Source of the DNA: Bacteroidales bacterium UBA1757
Lineage (GTDB): Bacteria > Bacteroidota > Bacteroidia > Bacteroidales > UBA1402
Direction of reading: 5' to 3'
Length of the DNA stretch: 54,992 nt
Assembly: GCA_002315625.1 (NCBI GenBank)
Contig: DCHH01000039.1
Coordinates: 2,651-57,642, forward strand
Notes under the pieces: model-generated
What the model was told of the DNA's origin: nothing
Databases searched by the model: none
The model's input: the letters and a program-made list of their open reading frames with translations, nothing else
Shown here: positions 1 to 9,342 of the stretch, piece after piece
Layout of the letters: each line of letters opens with the position of its first letter
How positions within the stretch are numbered: the first letter of the stretch is position 1
Position numbers and translations under genes: made by a program

Positions 1-471
1 GCTCGCAACAAATACACCTATTTTGCATCAAAGGCAAAGAAGGAAGGATATGAGCAGATTGCCGCCCTCTTCCTTGAGACCGCCGACAACGAGAAGGAGC
101 ACGCAAAACTCTGGTTCAAGGAGTTGAACGGCATCGGTGACACAGCCGCAAACCTCGCTGCCGCAGCTGCAGGTGAGAACTATGAGTGGACAGACATGTA
201 TGAAGGCTTTGCAAAGACCGCAGAAAAGGAAGGTTTCACCGAACTCGCAGCCCGTTTCCGTGGTGTTGCAGCCATTGAAAAACGTCACGAAGAGCGTTAT
301 CGTGCCCTTCTCAAGAACGTAGAGACTGCAAAGGTGTTCGAGAAATCAGAGGTAAAGGTTTGGGAATGCCGTAACTGCGGACATGTTGTTGTCGGCACCA
401 AGGCTCCCGAAATCTGCCCCGTATGCTCTCATCCGCAGGCCTACTTTGAAATTCATAAGGAAAATTTCTGA
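1..471 (+). CDS. rbr: Rubrerythrin (5' end truncated by window edge)
   Basis: Frame 1 is open from nt 1 ([21 protein letters not shown]...), so the listed ATG at 124 is internal. Ferritin-like di-iron helices (NEKEH, EKRHEE) and a C-terminal rubredoxin-like CRNCGH...CPVCSH. Confidence 0.9.
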   Translation, partial: ARNKYTYFASKAKKEGYEQIAALFLETADNEKEHAKLWFKELNGIGDTAANLAAAAAGENYEWTDMYEGFAKTAEKEGFTELAARFRGVAAIEKRHEERYRALLKNVETAKVFEKSEVKVWECRNCGHVVVGTKAPEICPVCSHPQAYFEIHKENF

Positions 472-488
472 CCTTTGATTCTACAATT

Positions 489-527
489 GAAAAAGCCGTT
501 TCCGACTAGTGCGGGAACGGCTTTTTT
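489..527. terminator. Bidirectional rho-independent terminator between convergent rbr and murI
   Basis: Stem GCCGTTTCCG / CGGGAACGGC (one G-U pair), 7-nt loop, A-run on the left and T6 on the right. Confidence 0.6.
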
Positions 528-528
528 A

Positions 529-1392
529 TTATAGGAGGTGAATCTGTGTGGCTGAGACGGGGGTTCTGGTGAAGGCGGATGCCTGTTCTTCGAACTTGGC
601 TACGGATTCTGTTGTCAGATAGTTGCATGTTCCCCCTTGAGTGCATTGTCTATTTAATAAGGCGTGGCGCTCAAGGTAGTCACTAAGACAGGAGGCTACA
701 TGCTCTCCCTGGTTGACAATGTGGATGTCTGGCGGTAGGAACTGTCTGATTTGCGGCAGAAGCAGGGGATAATGGGTGCAACCTAAAATCAGAGTGTCGA
801 TTGCAGGGTCCTGCTCGAAAAGTTCTGTAAGGTAACGGTTTACGAAGTATGCAGCTCCAGGAGAACCGGATTCGCCGTTTTCAACAAGCGGTACCCACAT
901 CGGGCAGGCTTTACCCACAACTGTGATATCAGAGTTGAGCTTGTGGATTTCTATTGGGTATGATTCGGACTGGATTGTACCGGGAGTGGCAACGATGCCT
1001 ACATGCCGGCTCTTTGTCAGACTTCCGACTGCTTCAACGGTGGGGCGAAGGACACCCAGAACACGTCGCGAGGGAAGTCCGTCTGGGGTTTCGTACAATC
1101 GGCCGAGAGAGGAATCAATCCCGGTCAAGTCGCGCTGCTGTATTGAGCGTAATGCTTTGGCAGATGCAGTGTTGCATGCCAAAATAACAAGAGGACAGCC
1201 CTGGTTCATCAAGAACCGGACTGCCTCAAGTGTAAACTGATAGACCACTTCAAAAGAGCGGCTTCCGTATGGTGTGCGGGCGTTGTCGCCCAAATACAGG
1301 TAGTCGTACTGAGGAAGATGTCTGCGGAAGGCTTCCAGAATTGTCAGGCCTCCGTAGCCCGAGTCGAATACGCCTATAGGTCCCACCTGCAA
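529..1392 (-). CDS. murI: Glutamate racemase
   Basis: 287 aa. Motifs DSGYGGLT, ILACNTASA and LGCTHYPLL (the two catalytic Cys motifs). Confidence 0.93.
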   Translation of the reverse strand: MQVGPIGVFDSGYGGLTILEAFRRHLPQYDYLYLGDNARTPYGSRSFEVVYQFTLEAVRFLMNQGCPLVILACNTASAKALRSIQQRDLTGIDSSLGRLYETPDGLPSRRVLGVLRPTVEAVGSLTKSRHVGIVATPGTIQSESYPIEIHKLNSDITVVGKACPMWVPLVENGESGSPGAAYFVNRYLTELFEQDPAIDTLILGCTHYPLLLPQIRQFLPPDIHIVNQGEHVASCLSDYLERHALLNRQCTQGGTCNYLTTESVAKFEEQASAFTRTPVSATQIHLL

Positions 1393-1418
1393 GATGTACG
1401 AAGGATACCTTATTTAAA

Positions 1419-1925
1419 TTAAAGGATACCCAGTTTCTTGCGAACCTCGTTGGTAACATCCTTGCACTTTGCAGCATTTACATATACGCAAGCGCTTTCG
1501 ACGGATGAATCAACAATATAGATGAGTCCAAGTTCGTCGCCGACGGCCTTGATGGCTTCAGACAATTTTTTGTTGATGGGGATGAGAAGCTCCTGCTGTT
1601 GCTGCTGTATCTGCTGCTGTGACTGCTGGTAGAAATCCTGGATGCGCTGTTCGAGGTCCTGAATCTCAGCCATGCGGCGCTGCTGAATGCTTTCGGGAAG
1701 GCTGTCACGCTGAGCCATGAAGTCAGTACCCTTCTTCTGGTATTCCTCACGCATACCTACAAGCTCGTTCTCCATTGTCTTGGCGGTCTGGTCGAGCTTT
1801 TCGATGGCTGCTTTGGTTTCAGGCATAGCCTGGAAGATTTCGCTACGGTTGATGCTGCCGAATTCCTGTGCCATTGCATACAAAGGAAGTACGCACAACA
1901 TGGCAACGAATAATTTCTTGAACAT
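1419..1925 (-). CDS. OmpH/Skp-family periplasmic chaperone
   Basis: Signal peptide MFKKLFVAMLCVLPLYAMAQ begins at the ATG ending at 1925; the longer ORF start at 1985 has no signal peptide. Q/E/K-rich coiled coil. Lies in the conserved bamA-skp-skp-murI order. Confidence 0.8.
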   Translation of the reverse strand: MFKKLFVAMLCVLPLYAMAQEFGSINRSEIFQAMPETKAAIEKLDQTAKTMENELVGMREEYQKKGTDFMAQRDSLPESIQQRRMAEIQDLEQRIQDFYQQSQQQIQQQQQELLIPINKKLSEAIKAVGDELGLIYIVDSSVESACVYVNAAKCKDVTNEVRKKLGIL

Positions 1926-2005
1926 AATAATTTTTGTTGTGGTTAATAATTTTTGCAAAGGTAATAACAATCTCGATTTCCTCAAAGCGGCTATGCCTTT
2001 TCAGA

Positions 2006-2515
2006 CTAGTAGCCCATCTTCTTGAGTACGTCGTCGCTTACATCAATCGAGGGGGAGGCAAAGACGATGTTCACTCCTGATGCCCGGTCCAGGATAAGCT
2101 GGTATCCTTTCTCCTCGGCCAGAGTCTTGACGGCGTTGTAGATTTCGTCCTGAATGGGTGAAAGCAGGCTTTCGCGTTTTTTGTAGAGCTCGCCCTCACT
2201 GCCGAAGTAGGTACGTTTGAGGTCGGCGGCCTTCTTCTCCTTGGCAAGGATTTCTTCCTCTTTCTGCTTCTGCTGCTCGGCGGAGAGATAAACGGCCTGG
2301 GCCTGATATTCAGTATATAACTTCTTGGCTTCAGCTGTAATAGCATCGATTTCAGCCTGCCACTTCTTGGACACCTGGCTTAACTGGTCGTTTGCCATTT
2401 CGTAGGCTGGAATACGGGAAAAGATGTATTCCATATCAATCAAAGCATATTTCTGGGCCATCGAGGCCAGACTGCACACAAATACGAGTGCCAGTAGAGA
2501 TGATAATCTTTTCAT
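2006..2515 (-). CDS. OmpH/Skp-family periplasmic chaperone (second copy)
   Basis: 169 aa with signal peptide MKRLSSLLALVFVCSLASMAQ and a coiled-coil K/E/Q-rich body. Directly downstream of bamA. Confidence 0.8.
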   Translation of the reverse strand: MKRLSSLLALVFVCSLASMAQKYALIDMEYIFSRIPAYEMANDQLSQVSKKWQAEIDAITAEAKKLYTEYQAQAVYLSAEQQKQKEEEILAKEKKAADLKRTYFGSEGELYKKRESLLSPIQDEIYNAVKTLAEEKGYQLILDRASGVNIVFASPSIDVSDDVLKKMGY

Positions 2516-2573
2516 AGCTTTAGTAATTATGTTGTTTTCTGCTTAGACGCAAAAAAACGCAAAATGTTAAATG

Positions 2574-5207
2574 TTAAAATTCCTGACCTAGGATGAAGTG
2601 GAACTCGCCGCCGTGAGCCTTGGTCTCAACACCCACAGGATCAAAGCCGTAACCCCAGTCTATACCGAGAAGTCCGACCACAGGAATAAAGATACGCACA
2701 CCTATACCGGCAGAGCGTTTCAGCTCAAAGGGCGAAAAATCGCCAATGTCGGTCCAGCAGTTACCCCCTTCGAGGAATGCCATTGCATAAATGGTGGTAC
2801 TGCCCTCCATGATGATGGGGTAGCGGAGTTCCATACCGATTCGCTCATACATATAGCCGACGCCAAGGTCACCATTGCCGTAACCTCTCATTGCGATGAT
2901 GTCGTATGCGTACATGCTTGAGTAACCGGTCATACCGTCACCACCGACGTAGAATGCACCGAACGGTGTCTGCTTGTACTTGTTGTAGCTGCCCAGCAGT
3001 CCGAAGTCGAAGCGGGTGGCAAGCACGAGTTTACGGTTGGGTGAAATCGGGGTGAAGGTTCTGGAGGAGAACTTGATTTTGTATGATTCCTGCCACTTCT
3101 GAAGTTCTTCGGATGTCATTTTCGCATAATCCTCATCAGTCTTTCCGTCCCAGAGTGAATATGGCGGGGCAAGTGAGACTGAGAGTGAGAATGTCGAACC
3201 GGTACGGGTGTAAAGCGGGTTGTCGATAGAGCTGCGGCTCAGTGTGAGTCCGAGGTGGAAGTCGTTGCTGACACCGTCGTTGATAATGAAGTACGACCAG
3301 TTCTGAAGGATATATTGCTGGAATGCAAGTTCGGCGTATATCTGGAAATAGTCGTCAGGCCATTTCAAGCGGTGTGAGATACCGACTGAGGCTCCCCACA
3401 TCTTGATGAACTTGTTGGGATCCATCTCCATGCCCGAGTAGGATGAGTAGTAGTTAGAGCCGTAACCGTAGCCACCATATCCGTAGCTTCCGTAGCCGCT
3501 ACCATAATAATTGTAATAGTTGTACATATTATTATAGTAGTTCTTCCAGTAACGGTCGCTGACATCGGTCTGGTAGGAGAAGAAGGCACCCACCTGAAGG
3601 GCGTTGGGGCGTTTGCCGCCTAACCATGGTTCGGTGAACGAGAAGCTGTACGACTGGTAGTAGCGTCCGTTCGTACGGCCGGTTATGCTCAGTGTCTGTC
3701 CGTCGCCCTGTGGCAATACCTTGTAGGTCTTGAGGTTGAAGAGGTTGCGAAGCGAGAAGTTAGTGAACTTCAGGCTGATTGAACCGATGATACCGGTCGA
3801 GCCGTAACCCAGTGAGAACTCAAGCTGGTCGTTTGCCTTGGATTTGAGGTTAAGGTCAATATCGACGGTCTTGTTTTCGTAGTTCGGAATTGGGTTGATA
3901 CCCATGTTCTCGGCATCGAAGTGTCCGGTCTGTGCAATTTCACGTGCAGAACGTCTCAGTGCCGACATATTGAACAGTTGTCCGGGCTTGATGTAGAGCT
4001 CGCGGCGGATTACATGTTCGTAGAGCCGGTCGTTACCGCTGATTTCAATACGCGAGATGGTTGCGGGGTCACCTTCCGAGATACGCATCTCAAGGTCGAT
4101 TGAGTCACCTTCCACACGGATTTCGACGGGGTCAAGCTGGAAGAACAGGTAGCCGTTATCCATGTAGAGGTTGCTCACGGCCTCGTTTTCGTCTTCCTTC
4201 AGCCGCTTGTTCAGAAGCTTCTGGTTGTAGATGTCGCCTTTGTTAATCTGCAGGACGTTGTCAAGCTGTTCACTGGTATATAGGGTGTTGCCGACCCACG
4301 TGATGTCGCGGATATAGTACTGGCGCCCTTCGTCAATCTTTAGATAGACGTTGACGTTCTTGTCATCGTATTTATAGACCGAGTCTTCAAGGATGATGGC
4401 ATCGCGGTAGCCCTCCTCGTTGTACTTCTCGATTACTTTGTACTTGTCTTCGGTGAACTCCTTGTCAGTGTATTTCCTGGTACGGAACATTGTCAGGGGG
4501 TTGCCCTTTTCGTTGGTCTTCTTCATCGCCCAGTCAATCTTGGCCTTCGCGAATGCCTTGTTGCCTTCGATAATGAGCTGGTTGATACGGATTTTGTCAT
4601 GTTTATCGACATTGACATCAACGATTACCTCGTTGTTTTTTTCGGGATCATCGTGTTGAAGCACATCGACTTCTGCATTCTTGAAGCCCTTGTCGTCGTA
4701 GAACTTCTTGATAAGGGTCTCGGCGCGGCTTATGATATTAGGGGTAATCTGGTTACCCACGATAAGATTCAGACGCTCTTCGATGTCCTCCCTCTCGCTC
4801 TTTTTCATTCCGTTATAGTTGACGGCCGAGATACGGGGACGTGGTTTGAGCTTGATTCGGAGCCATATCTGGTTGCCTTCAATCTTGTCGGCCAGAATCT
4901 GCACGTCGGAGAAGAGTCCGTTCCGCCAGAAACGTTTCAGGGCGTCGGTGATGTCGTCACCCGGTACCTTGACCATCTGTCCGACCGACAGGCCGGAGAT
5001 TCCTATGAGCACATAATCCTCATAATTGTCGATACCTTCAACGGCGATGTCGGCAATCTTGTATTCCCTTGGGGATGAATAATAGATTTCCGGTGTCCCC
5101 TGGGCCTGTGTCTTCATGGAAAACAGCACCATGAGACAGGTCAGGAAGGCAGCGGCGGTGAATTTTATCTTTTGGTATGACATTGTCCTTTCGTTCAATG
5201 GGGTCAT
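2574..5207 (-). CDS. bamA: Outer membrane protein assembly factor BamA
   Basis: 877 aa with an N-terminal signal peptide, POTRA-like repeats and a C-terminal barrel ending in FHFILGQEF. The ATG at 5205-5207 overlaps the uppS stop as ATGA; an alternative ATG ends at 5183. Confidence 0.9.
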   Translation of the reverse strand: MTPLNERTMSYQKIKFTAAAFLTCLMVLFSMKTQAQGTPEIYYSSPREYKIADIAVEGIDNYEDYVLIGISGLSVGQMVKVPGDDITDALKRFWRNGLFSDVQILADKIEGNQIWLRIKLKPRPRISAVNYNGMKKSEREDIEERLNLIVGNQITPNIISRAETLIKKFYDDKGFKNAEVDVLQHDDPEKNNEVIVDVNVDKHDKIRINQLIIEGNKAFAKAKIDWAMKKTNEKGNPLTMFRTRKYTDKEFTEDKYKVIEKYNEEGYRDAIILEDSVYKYDDKNVNVYLKIDEGRQYYIRDITWVGNTLYTSEQLDNVLQINKGDIYNQKLLNKRLKEDENEAVSNLYMDNGYLFFQLDPVEIRVEGDSIDLEMRISEGDPATISRIEISGNDRLYEHVIRRELYIKPGQLFNMSALRRSAREIAQTGHFDAENMGINPIPNYENKTVDIDLNLKSKANDQLEFSLGYGSTGIIGSISLKFTNFSLRNLFNLKTYKVLPQGDGQTLSITGRTNGRYYQSYSFSFTEPWLGGKRPNALQVGAFFSYQTDVSDRYWKNYYNNMYNYYNYYGSGYGSYGYGGYGYGSNYYSSYSGMEMDPNKFIKMWGASVGISHRLKWPDDYFQIYAELAFQQYILQNWSYFIINDGVSNDFHLGLTLSRSSIDNPLYTRTGSTFSLSVSLAPPYSLWDGKTDEDYAKMTSEELQKWQESYKIKFSSRTFTPISPNRKLVLATRFDFGLLGSYNKYKQTPFGAFYVGGDGMTGYSSMYAYDIIAMRGYGNGDLGVGYMYERIGMELRYPIIMEGSTTIYAMAFLEGGNCWTDIGDFSPFELKRSAGIGVRIFIPVVGLLGIDWGYGFDPVGVETKAHGGEFHFILGQEF

Positions 5208-5956
5208 TTGTCGGCTTTAACTTGTTCACTTGTCTTTCCGAATCGTCTTTCGCGCGACTGGAAATTGACTATTGCTTCATAGAATGCTTCGTCCTTGAAA
5301 TCGGGCCAGGCTGTGTCGGTGAAGTAGAGCTCTGCGTATGCGGCCTGCCACAGCAGATAGTTGCTGATGCGGATTTCACCTCCGGTACGGATAAGCAAGT
5401 CCGGGTCAGGAATGTCCTTTGTGGTCAGATAGGAGGAAAACAGTTGCTCGTTGATATCCTCTTCCTTTATTCTGCCTGCCACCACATCCTGGCTGATGAG
5501 TCTGGCAGCATTGGTTATTTCCCAGCGGGATGAATAGCTGAATGCGAGAACCAGCGTAAGTTTCTTGCCGTCAGCCGTGCGCTGTTCAAATTCGCGGGCT
5601 TTGGCTATGACATCTGCTCCGAGACGGTTCATATCGCCTATGATCAGGCCGCGGACGCCGTTCTCGATGAGTTCGTCGGTCTCTTTGTTGATGCTGTCAA
5701 TGAACATACCCATCAGGGCAGAAACCTCAGCGGCGGGGCGGTTGAAGTTTTCAGTGGAAAAGGTGTAGAGCGTCAGGTATTTGACATCCGCTTTGGCGGC
5801 AGCCTTGACAATGGCCTTGACGGAGCGCACCCCTTCGAGGTGTCCGAAGATGCGGTCTTTTCCTTGTGCCTTGGCCCAGCGTCCGTTGCCGTCCATTACG
5901 ATGGCAATGTGAGTGGGAACATGGCTCTTGTCTATCTGTTCAAAGTAGCTCATCAT
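5204..5956 (-). CDS. uppS: Isoprenyl transferase (undecaprenyl-diphosphate synthase)
   Basis: 250 aa. HIAIVMDGNGRWA motif and an ...RERRFG tail typical of cis-prenyltransferases. Confidence 0.93.
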   Translation of the reverse strand: MMSYFEQIDKSHVPTHIAIVMDGNGRWAKAQGKDRIFGHLEGVRSVKAIVKAAAKADVKYLTLYTFSTENFNRPAAEVSALMGMFIDSINKETDELIENGVRGLIIGDMNRLGADVIAKAREFEQRTADGKKLTLVLAFSYSSRWEITNAARLISQDVVAGRIKEEDINEQLFSSYLTTKDIPDPDLLIRTGGEIRISNYLLWQAAYAELYFTDTAWPDFKDEAFYEAIVNFQSRERRFGKTSEQVKADK

Positions 5957-5959
5957 TCT

Positions 5960-6634
5960 TTATCTGTAACAAATTGATCCTATATACATAAAGTCGTAAC
6001 TGAGGTAGAACTTCAGCACGAAATAACTGTCCTTGTTCTTGTTCCAGCTGCTTGCAATTCCCTGAGGGTCAATCAGCTGAAACTGGCTTCCCGTTGCGTA
6101 GTCCAGGTCGTCGGCCAGGCTCATCCTGTATGTCAGGTCCAGCCCGAGGTTGAACCGGTCGGCAAACTTGTACTTGAGTCCTAAGCCTATTGGCATACAG
6201 AAGGCCGCCTTCGTCTTGTCAGTCTTGTAGCAGACTGCGCCGGCACCGAGAAGGATGTAGGGCGACACCCGACTGGCGCCGGGGGCATACGAAGGTGCCC
6301 CGAACTCGTAAAAATTGAACTCCATCGCTATGGAGCCGTCTATTAGCTTGCGGTCGAAGTTAAGTGTCTCACCATGGAGAAACGTTCCTTCTTTTCCTTC
6401 CGTCGTCCCTGCGATACCGGCTACACCCACATCGGCCTTCAAAGTGAACCGCCTGTTCAGGTTGTAGCGCAGCAGGAGGCTGTATGACGGGCGCATGTCG
6501 TTGAACATCTTCGTGTTGGCATCGCCCATGTAGAAAGAGCCGCCGCCCATTGCCCCTATCTCCATCCGGTACCCCTGGCCGAAACAAAGTTCAGCCACCA
6601 GGCCTGCAAGCATAAGGGTCAGAAGGCGTTTCAT
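5960..6634 (-). CDS. Small outer-membrane beta-barrel protein (DUF6089-like, name from memory)
   Basis: Signal peptide MKRLLTLMLAGLVAELCFGQ and alternating amphipathic strands rich in G/Y/F/L/D. The start overlaps the upstream stop as ATGA. Confidence 0.6.
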   Translation of the reverse strand: MKRLLTLMLAGLVAELCFGQGYRMEIGAMGGGSFYMGDANTKMFNDMRPSYSLLLRYNLNRRFTLKADVGVAGIAGTTEGKEGTFLHGETLNFDRKLIDGSIAMEFNFYEFGAPSYAPGASRVSPYILLGAGAVCYKTDKTKAAFCMPIGLGLKYKFADRFNLGLDLTYRMSLADDLDYATGSQFQLIDPQGIASSWNKNKDSYFVLKFYLSYDFMYIGSICYR

Positions 6635-8064
6635 TCTTCAAACAGCATTCTATTGATGTATCCCTTCCATACACCCTCTTCTCCATCCTGGAAAGAGAAA
6701 ACCCATAGATACGGGTCGCTTGAAATGACTTGTCGGCATAGTGCTGTCTCGTTGAAGACGCGGAATGCCAGCCGCTGGTCTGCCACCTCCCATGTGAGTC
6801 CCTGATTGGATGAAATGTATAGTGTGTTGTCCTGAACTACGCTGCCGACTGCGTTCTCGTATTTTCCTCCGTACATAAACAGGCAGTCGTCGTAGTAGAA
6901 CATGGAGGCATCGTACTGCTCTCCAATAACGCTGTAATCGGTTGATATCCTGGCCCAATAGACCTCGTCATCCTTGCTGCTCGGAGTGACTGGAACCATC
7001 GAGCTCCAGGTTGTTCTGCACTTTTCGCCATCTTTGTTACGGCCTCCTGCTACGATGACATAATGCAACCCCGTCTGCGTATAGCTGTGGCAGATTGCAA
7101 AACTGCTGACAGGAAAATCGTCAGGAAGGGCTTCACCGTTGCAGACCCAGTCACCGCCTGCGACGGGATCCGTGATTCCTGTTTCCCAGTATCCCTCGAA
7201 TTTGGCAAAATGTAAATCTTCGTCCATTTTGACGATTGCCAGAAGTATATCGGGGTCTGAAGTTCCATCGGGGTAGTACCTTCCCTCCAAAATTCCCTGA
7301 AGGGTCGTGACGTAGGGAATGCTGTCCACCTTGGACCATGAAAGCAATCCATCGACATTGAGGTCTCCGGCTCCGTCCATAAGGCGTGAAGAGTAGAGAC
7401 CGCCCTTGTTGTCAATCATGAAAGCGGTCTTGCCCTTGCAGGTAAATGACTTGACAATAAGTTCAGAACCGGGGGCAAGCGTTATGCTGACCGGTAGCGG
7501 ACCTTCCCAGTTCAGACCGTCGTAGGACTTGTACATATAGACGTCGAAACCGTCACTTTCAAAAAGTACAATCTGATTGTCGGCATAGACGGTGCGGTAC
7601 TCGTCCATTACTGGCAATGTGGCGACACGGTGCATCTGAAGGGAGTCGGGGTCTATCTGGTGGATATTGACATAGATGTCGTAGGTGTAGGTGTCAGTCC
7701 CGTTTTCAGCGGTATAGACCATCCGGACCGGACTTTTTGAGAAGTCAAGGGTATCCTTCGACGTCCACTTTTTCCCGTTCATGGTAAAGGTACCTTCGTC
7801 ACTTCCAGCAGCGATGGTGGGAAACAGTGAATCGACTTTTGACTGGAAGGGGAAAGAGTCTGTATTGTAAATCTTGTGGGCAAAGTTGTCTATGTAGAAA
7901 GTATAGTCATCAAAGTCCGGGAATGAATCGAAGCCGAAATAGGAGATAAAGATGGGAGTATAGGATTTCGCGGTATTGTTGCATGAACCGAGTGTGAGGG
8001 CAATAATACCTGTCAGCAAAGCCATGATGACACTTACGGTGCGCTTTCCGAGGATATATTTCAT
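6631..8064 (-). CDS. Hypothetical lipoprotein, probably beta-propeller-like
   Basis: Lipobox ...IALTLGSCNN follows MKYILGKRTVSV (ATG ending at 8064). The 8097 start adds 11 residues before it. No enzymatic motif recognised. Confidence 0.6.
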   Translation of the reverse strand: MKYILGKRTVSVIMALLTGIIALTLGSCNNTAKSYTPIFISYFGFDSFPDFDDYTFYIDNFAHKIYNTDSFPFQSKVDSLFPTIAAGSDEGTFTMNGKKWTSKDTLDFSKSPVRMVYTAENGTDTYTYDIYVNIHQIDPDSLQMHRVATLPVMDEYRTVYADNQIVLFESDGFDVYMYKSYDGLNWEGPLPVSITLAPGSELIVKSFTCKGKTAFMIDNKGGLYSSRLMDGAGDLNVDGLLSWSKVDSIPYVTTLQGILEGRYYPDGTSDPDILLAIVKMDEDLHFAKFEGYWETGITDPVAGGDWVCNGEALPDDFPVSSFAICHSYTQTGLHYVIVAGGRNKDGEKCRTTWSSMVPVTPSSKDDEVYWARISTDYSVIGEQYDASMFYYDDCLFMYGGKYENAVGSVVQDNTLYISSNQGLTWEVADQRLAFRVFNETALCRQVISSDPYLWVFSFQDGEEGVWKGYINRMLFEE

Positions 8065-8181
8065 GAATCTTGAGGTCAAATGTCTTATAAGCCACAAAAA
8101 TACAAAGAAAATCCGTATAAAACCCCGTTTTTGTACTTTTATAGGTGTAGTACTTTACTTTTAGGAAAATTAAGATGCTTT

Positions 8182-8862
8182 TCAGGCCATGGCAAGGGTC
8201 ATGAAGCTGACAAAAGAGGGCTTGGCGCGCCAGACCGCAGACCCGCAGGAGGCGAGAGTGGCCCCGGTTGTGATGATATCGTCAATTATCAATATATGCC
8301 TGTTACTCAGTGGATTAATAATATCTTCGGAGTCTGTGTCAGCGGGGTCGGTCAGGGTAAATACTCCCGACATGTTCTCCTGACGTTCCCAGTAATGCTT
8401 GTGGGTCTGGGTGGAGGTGGCCGATTGGCGGCAGACCGACATTGTGTCAACGGGCAGCCCTGTTACTTCGGACACTCCCCGGGCAATCCATTCGCTCTGG
8501 TTATAGCCGCGTTTTTCCATCCTGTCGCCGTGAAGAGGAACGGGCAGAAGAATGTCGATTCCGTCGAAGAAACCAAGAGAAGAAAGAAAATCTCCGGCCA
8601 TGGTGCCCAAACGCTTGGCCAACAGGCGGCTACCTGAGTATTTGAATTGCTCGGACAACATCTGTACGGCCGATTCCTTTTCGTACATCAGCCACGCTGC
8701 GGCACGGTTGAAGCGGACTTTTCCCGCCAGTTTGTCGCAGACTGGATTGTCGGTGAAGGAATCGTATCTTATCCGCGGCAGCTGGTACGCACACTTTGGG
8801 CAGAAACCGGGTTCATTTTCTGCCAGAAGTGCTCCGCACACCGGACATAGGCCGGGATACAT
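8182..8862 (-). CDS. comF: ComF-family protein (phosphoribosyltransferase domain)
   Basis: N-terminal Cys4 finger (CPVCG...CPKC) and a C-terminal PRTase loop ILIIDDIITTGATL. The start is chosen at MYPGLCPVCG (8862), abutting the recX stop. The ORF can extend to 8934 or 8910. Confidence 0.75.
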   Translation of the reverse strand: MYPGLCPVCGALLAENEPGFCPKCAYQLPRIRYDSFTDNPVCDKLAGKVRFNRAAAWLMYEKESAVQMLSEQFKYSGSRLLAKRLGTMAGDFLSSLGFFDGIDILLPVPLHGDRMEKRGYNQSEWIARGVSEVTGLPVDTMSVCRQSATSTQTHKHYWERQENMSGVFTLTDPADTDSEDIINPLSNRHILIIDDIITTGATLASCGSAVWRAKPSFVSFMTLAMA

Positions 8863-9338
8863 CACATTGACGAGTCGTCTGACAGGGCCGACAGGCATTG
8901 CCTTATACATTCGGGTTCGTATCCCTTGCTGCATGCGAAGCGCATGAGTTTCGCTGCCAGGGCATAGCCATCGGCTGCCTGCGTGTGGTTAAGCTTGTCC
9001 ATGAGAAGCTTTCGCAGCGTTTCCGAATATTCCTCTTCCGGGATGACGGTGAGGGCCTCGCGGATGAGGCTGTCTGCTATGTGCTTTTCTGAGAGGGCGT
9101 AGCGTATTTTCACCCGTCCCCAGTGAAGAAAGCGGAACTGGTCGGAGGCGTAGGCCCGGGCAAAGCGTGCTTCGTCCAGGTAGCCCTCTTTTTCAAGGTA
9201 GTTGAGCAGGGTTGACTGCTGCTCCTGCGAAAGTTCGTACCTAACCACGGCCGACAGGACGTCTGCCTTGCAACGTTCTGACTTTGAGCAGTATGCAGCA
9301 GCGTGGGCCAGGGCTTCGCTATAGTTCTTTTCACACAT
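8862..9338 (-). CDS. recX: RecX-family regulatory protein
   Basis: 158 aa of helical repeats with a typical RecX N-terminus (AL..A..YCSKSERCKADV) and repeated L..L..EGYLDE-type helices. Confidence 0.7.
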   Translation of the reverse strand: MCEKNYSEALAHAAAYCSKSERCKADVLSAVVRYELSQEQQSTLLNYLEKEGYLDEARFARAYASDQFRFLHWGRVKIRYALSEKHIADSLIREALTVIPEEEYSETLRKLLMDKLNHTQAADGYALAAKLMRFACSKGYEPECIRQCLSALSDDSSM

Positions 9339-9342
9339 AGGC

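Noticed and set aside
124-471. The listed 115-aa ORF as a complete small rubrerythrin-like gene.
   Set aside because: The frame is open back to nt 1 with conserved rubrerythrin N-terminal sequence. The gene is simply cut by the window edge.
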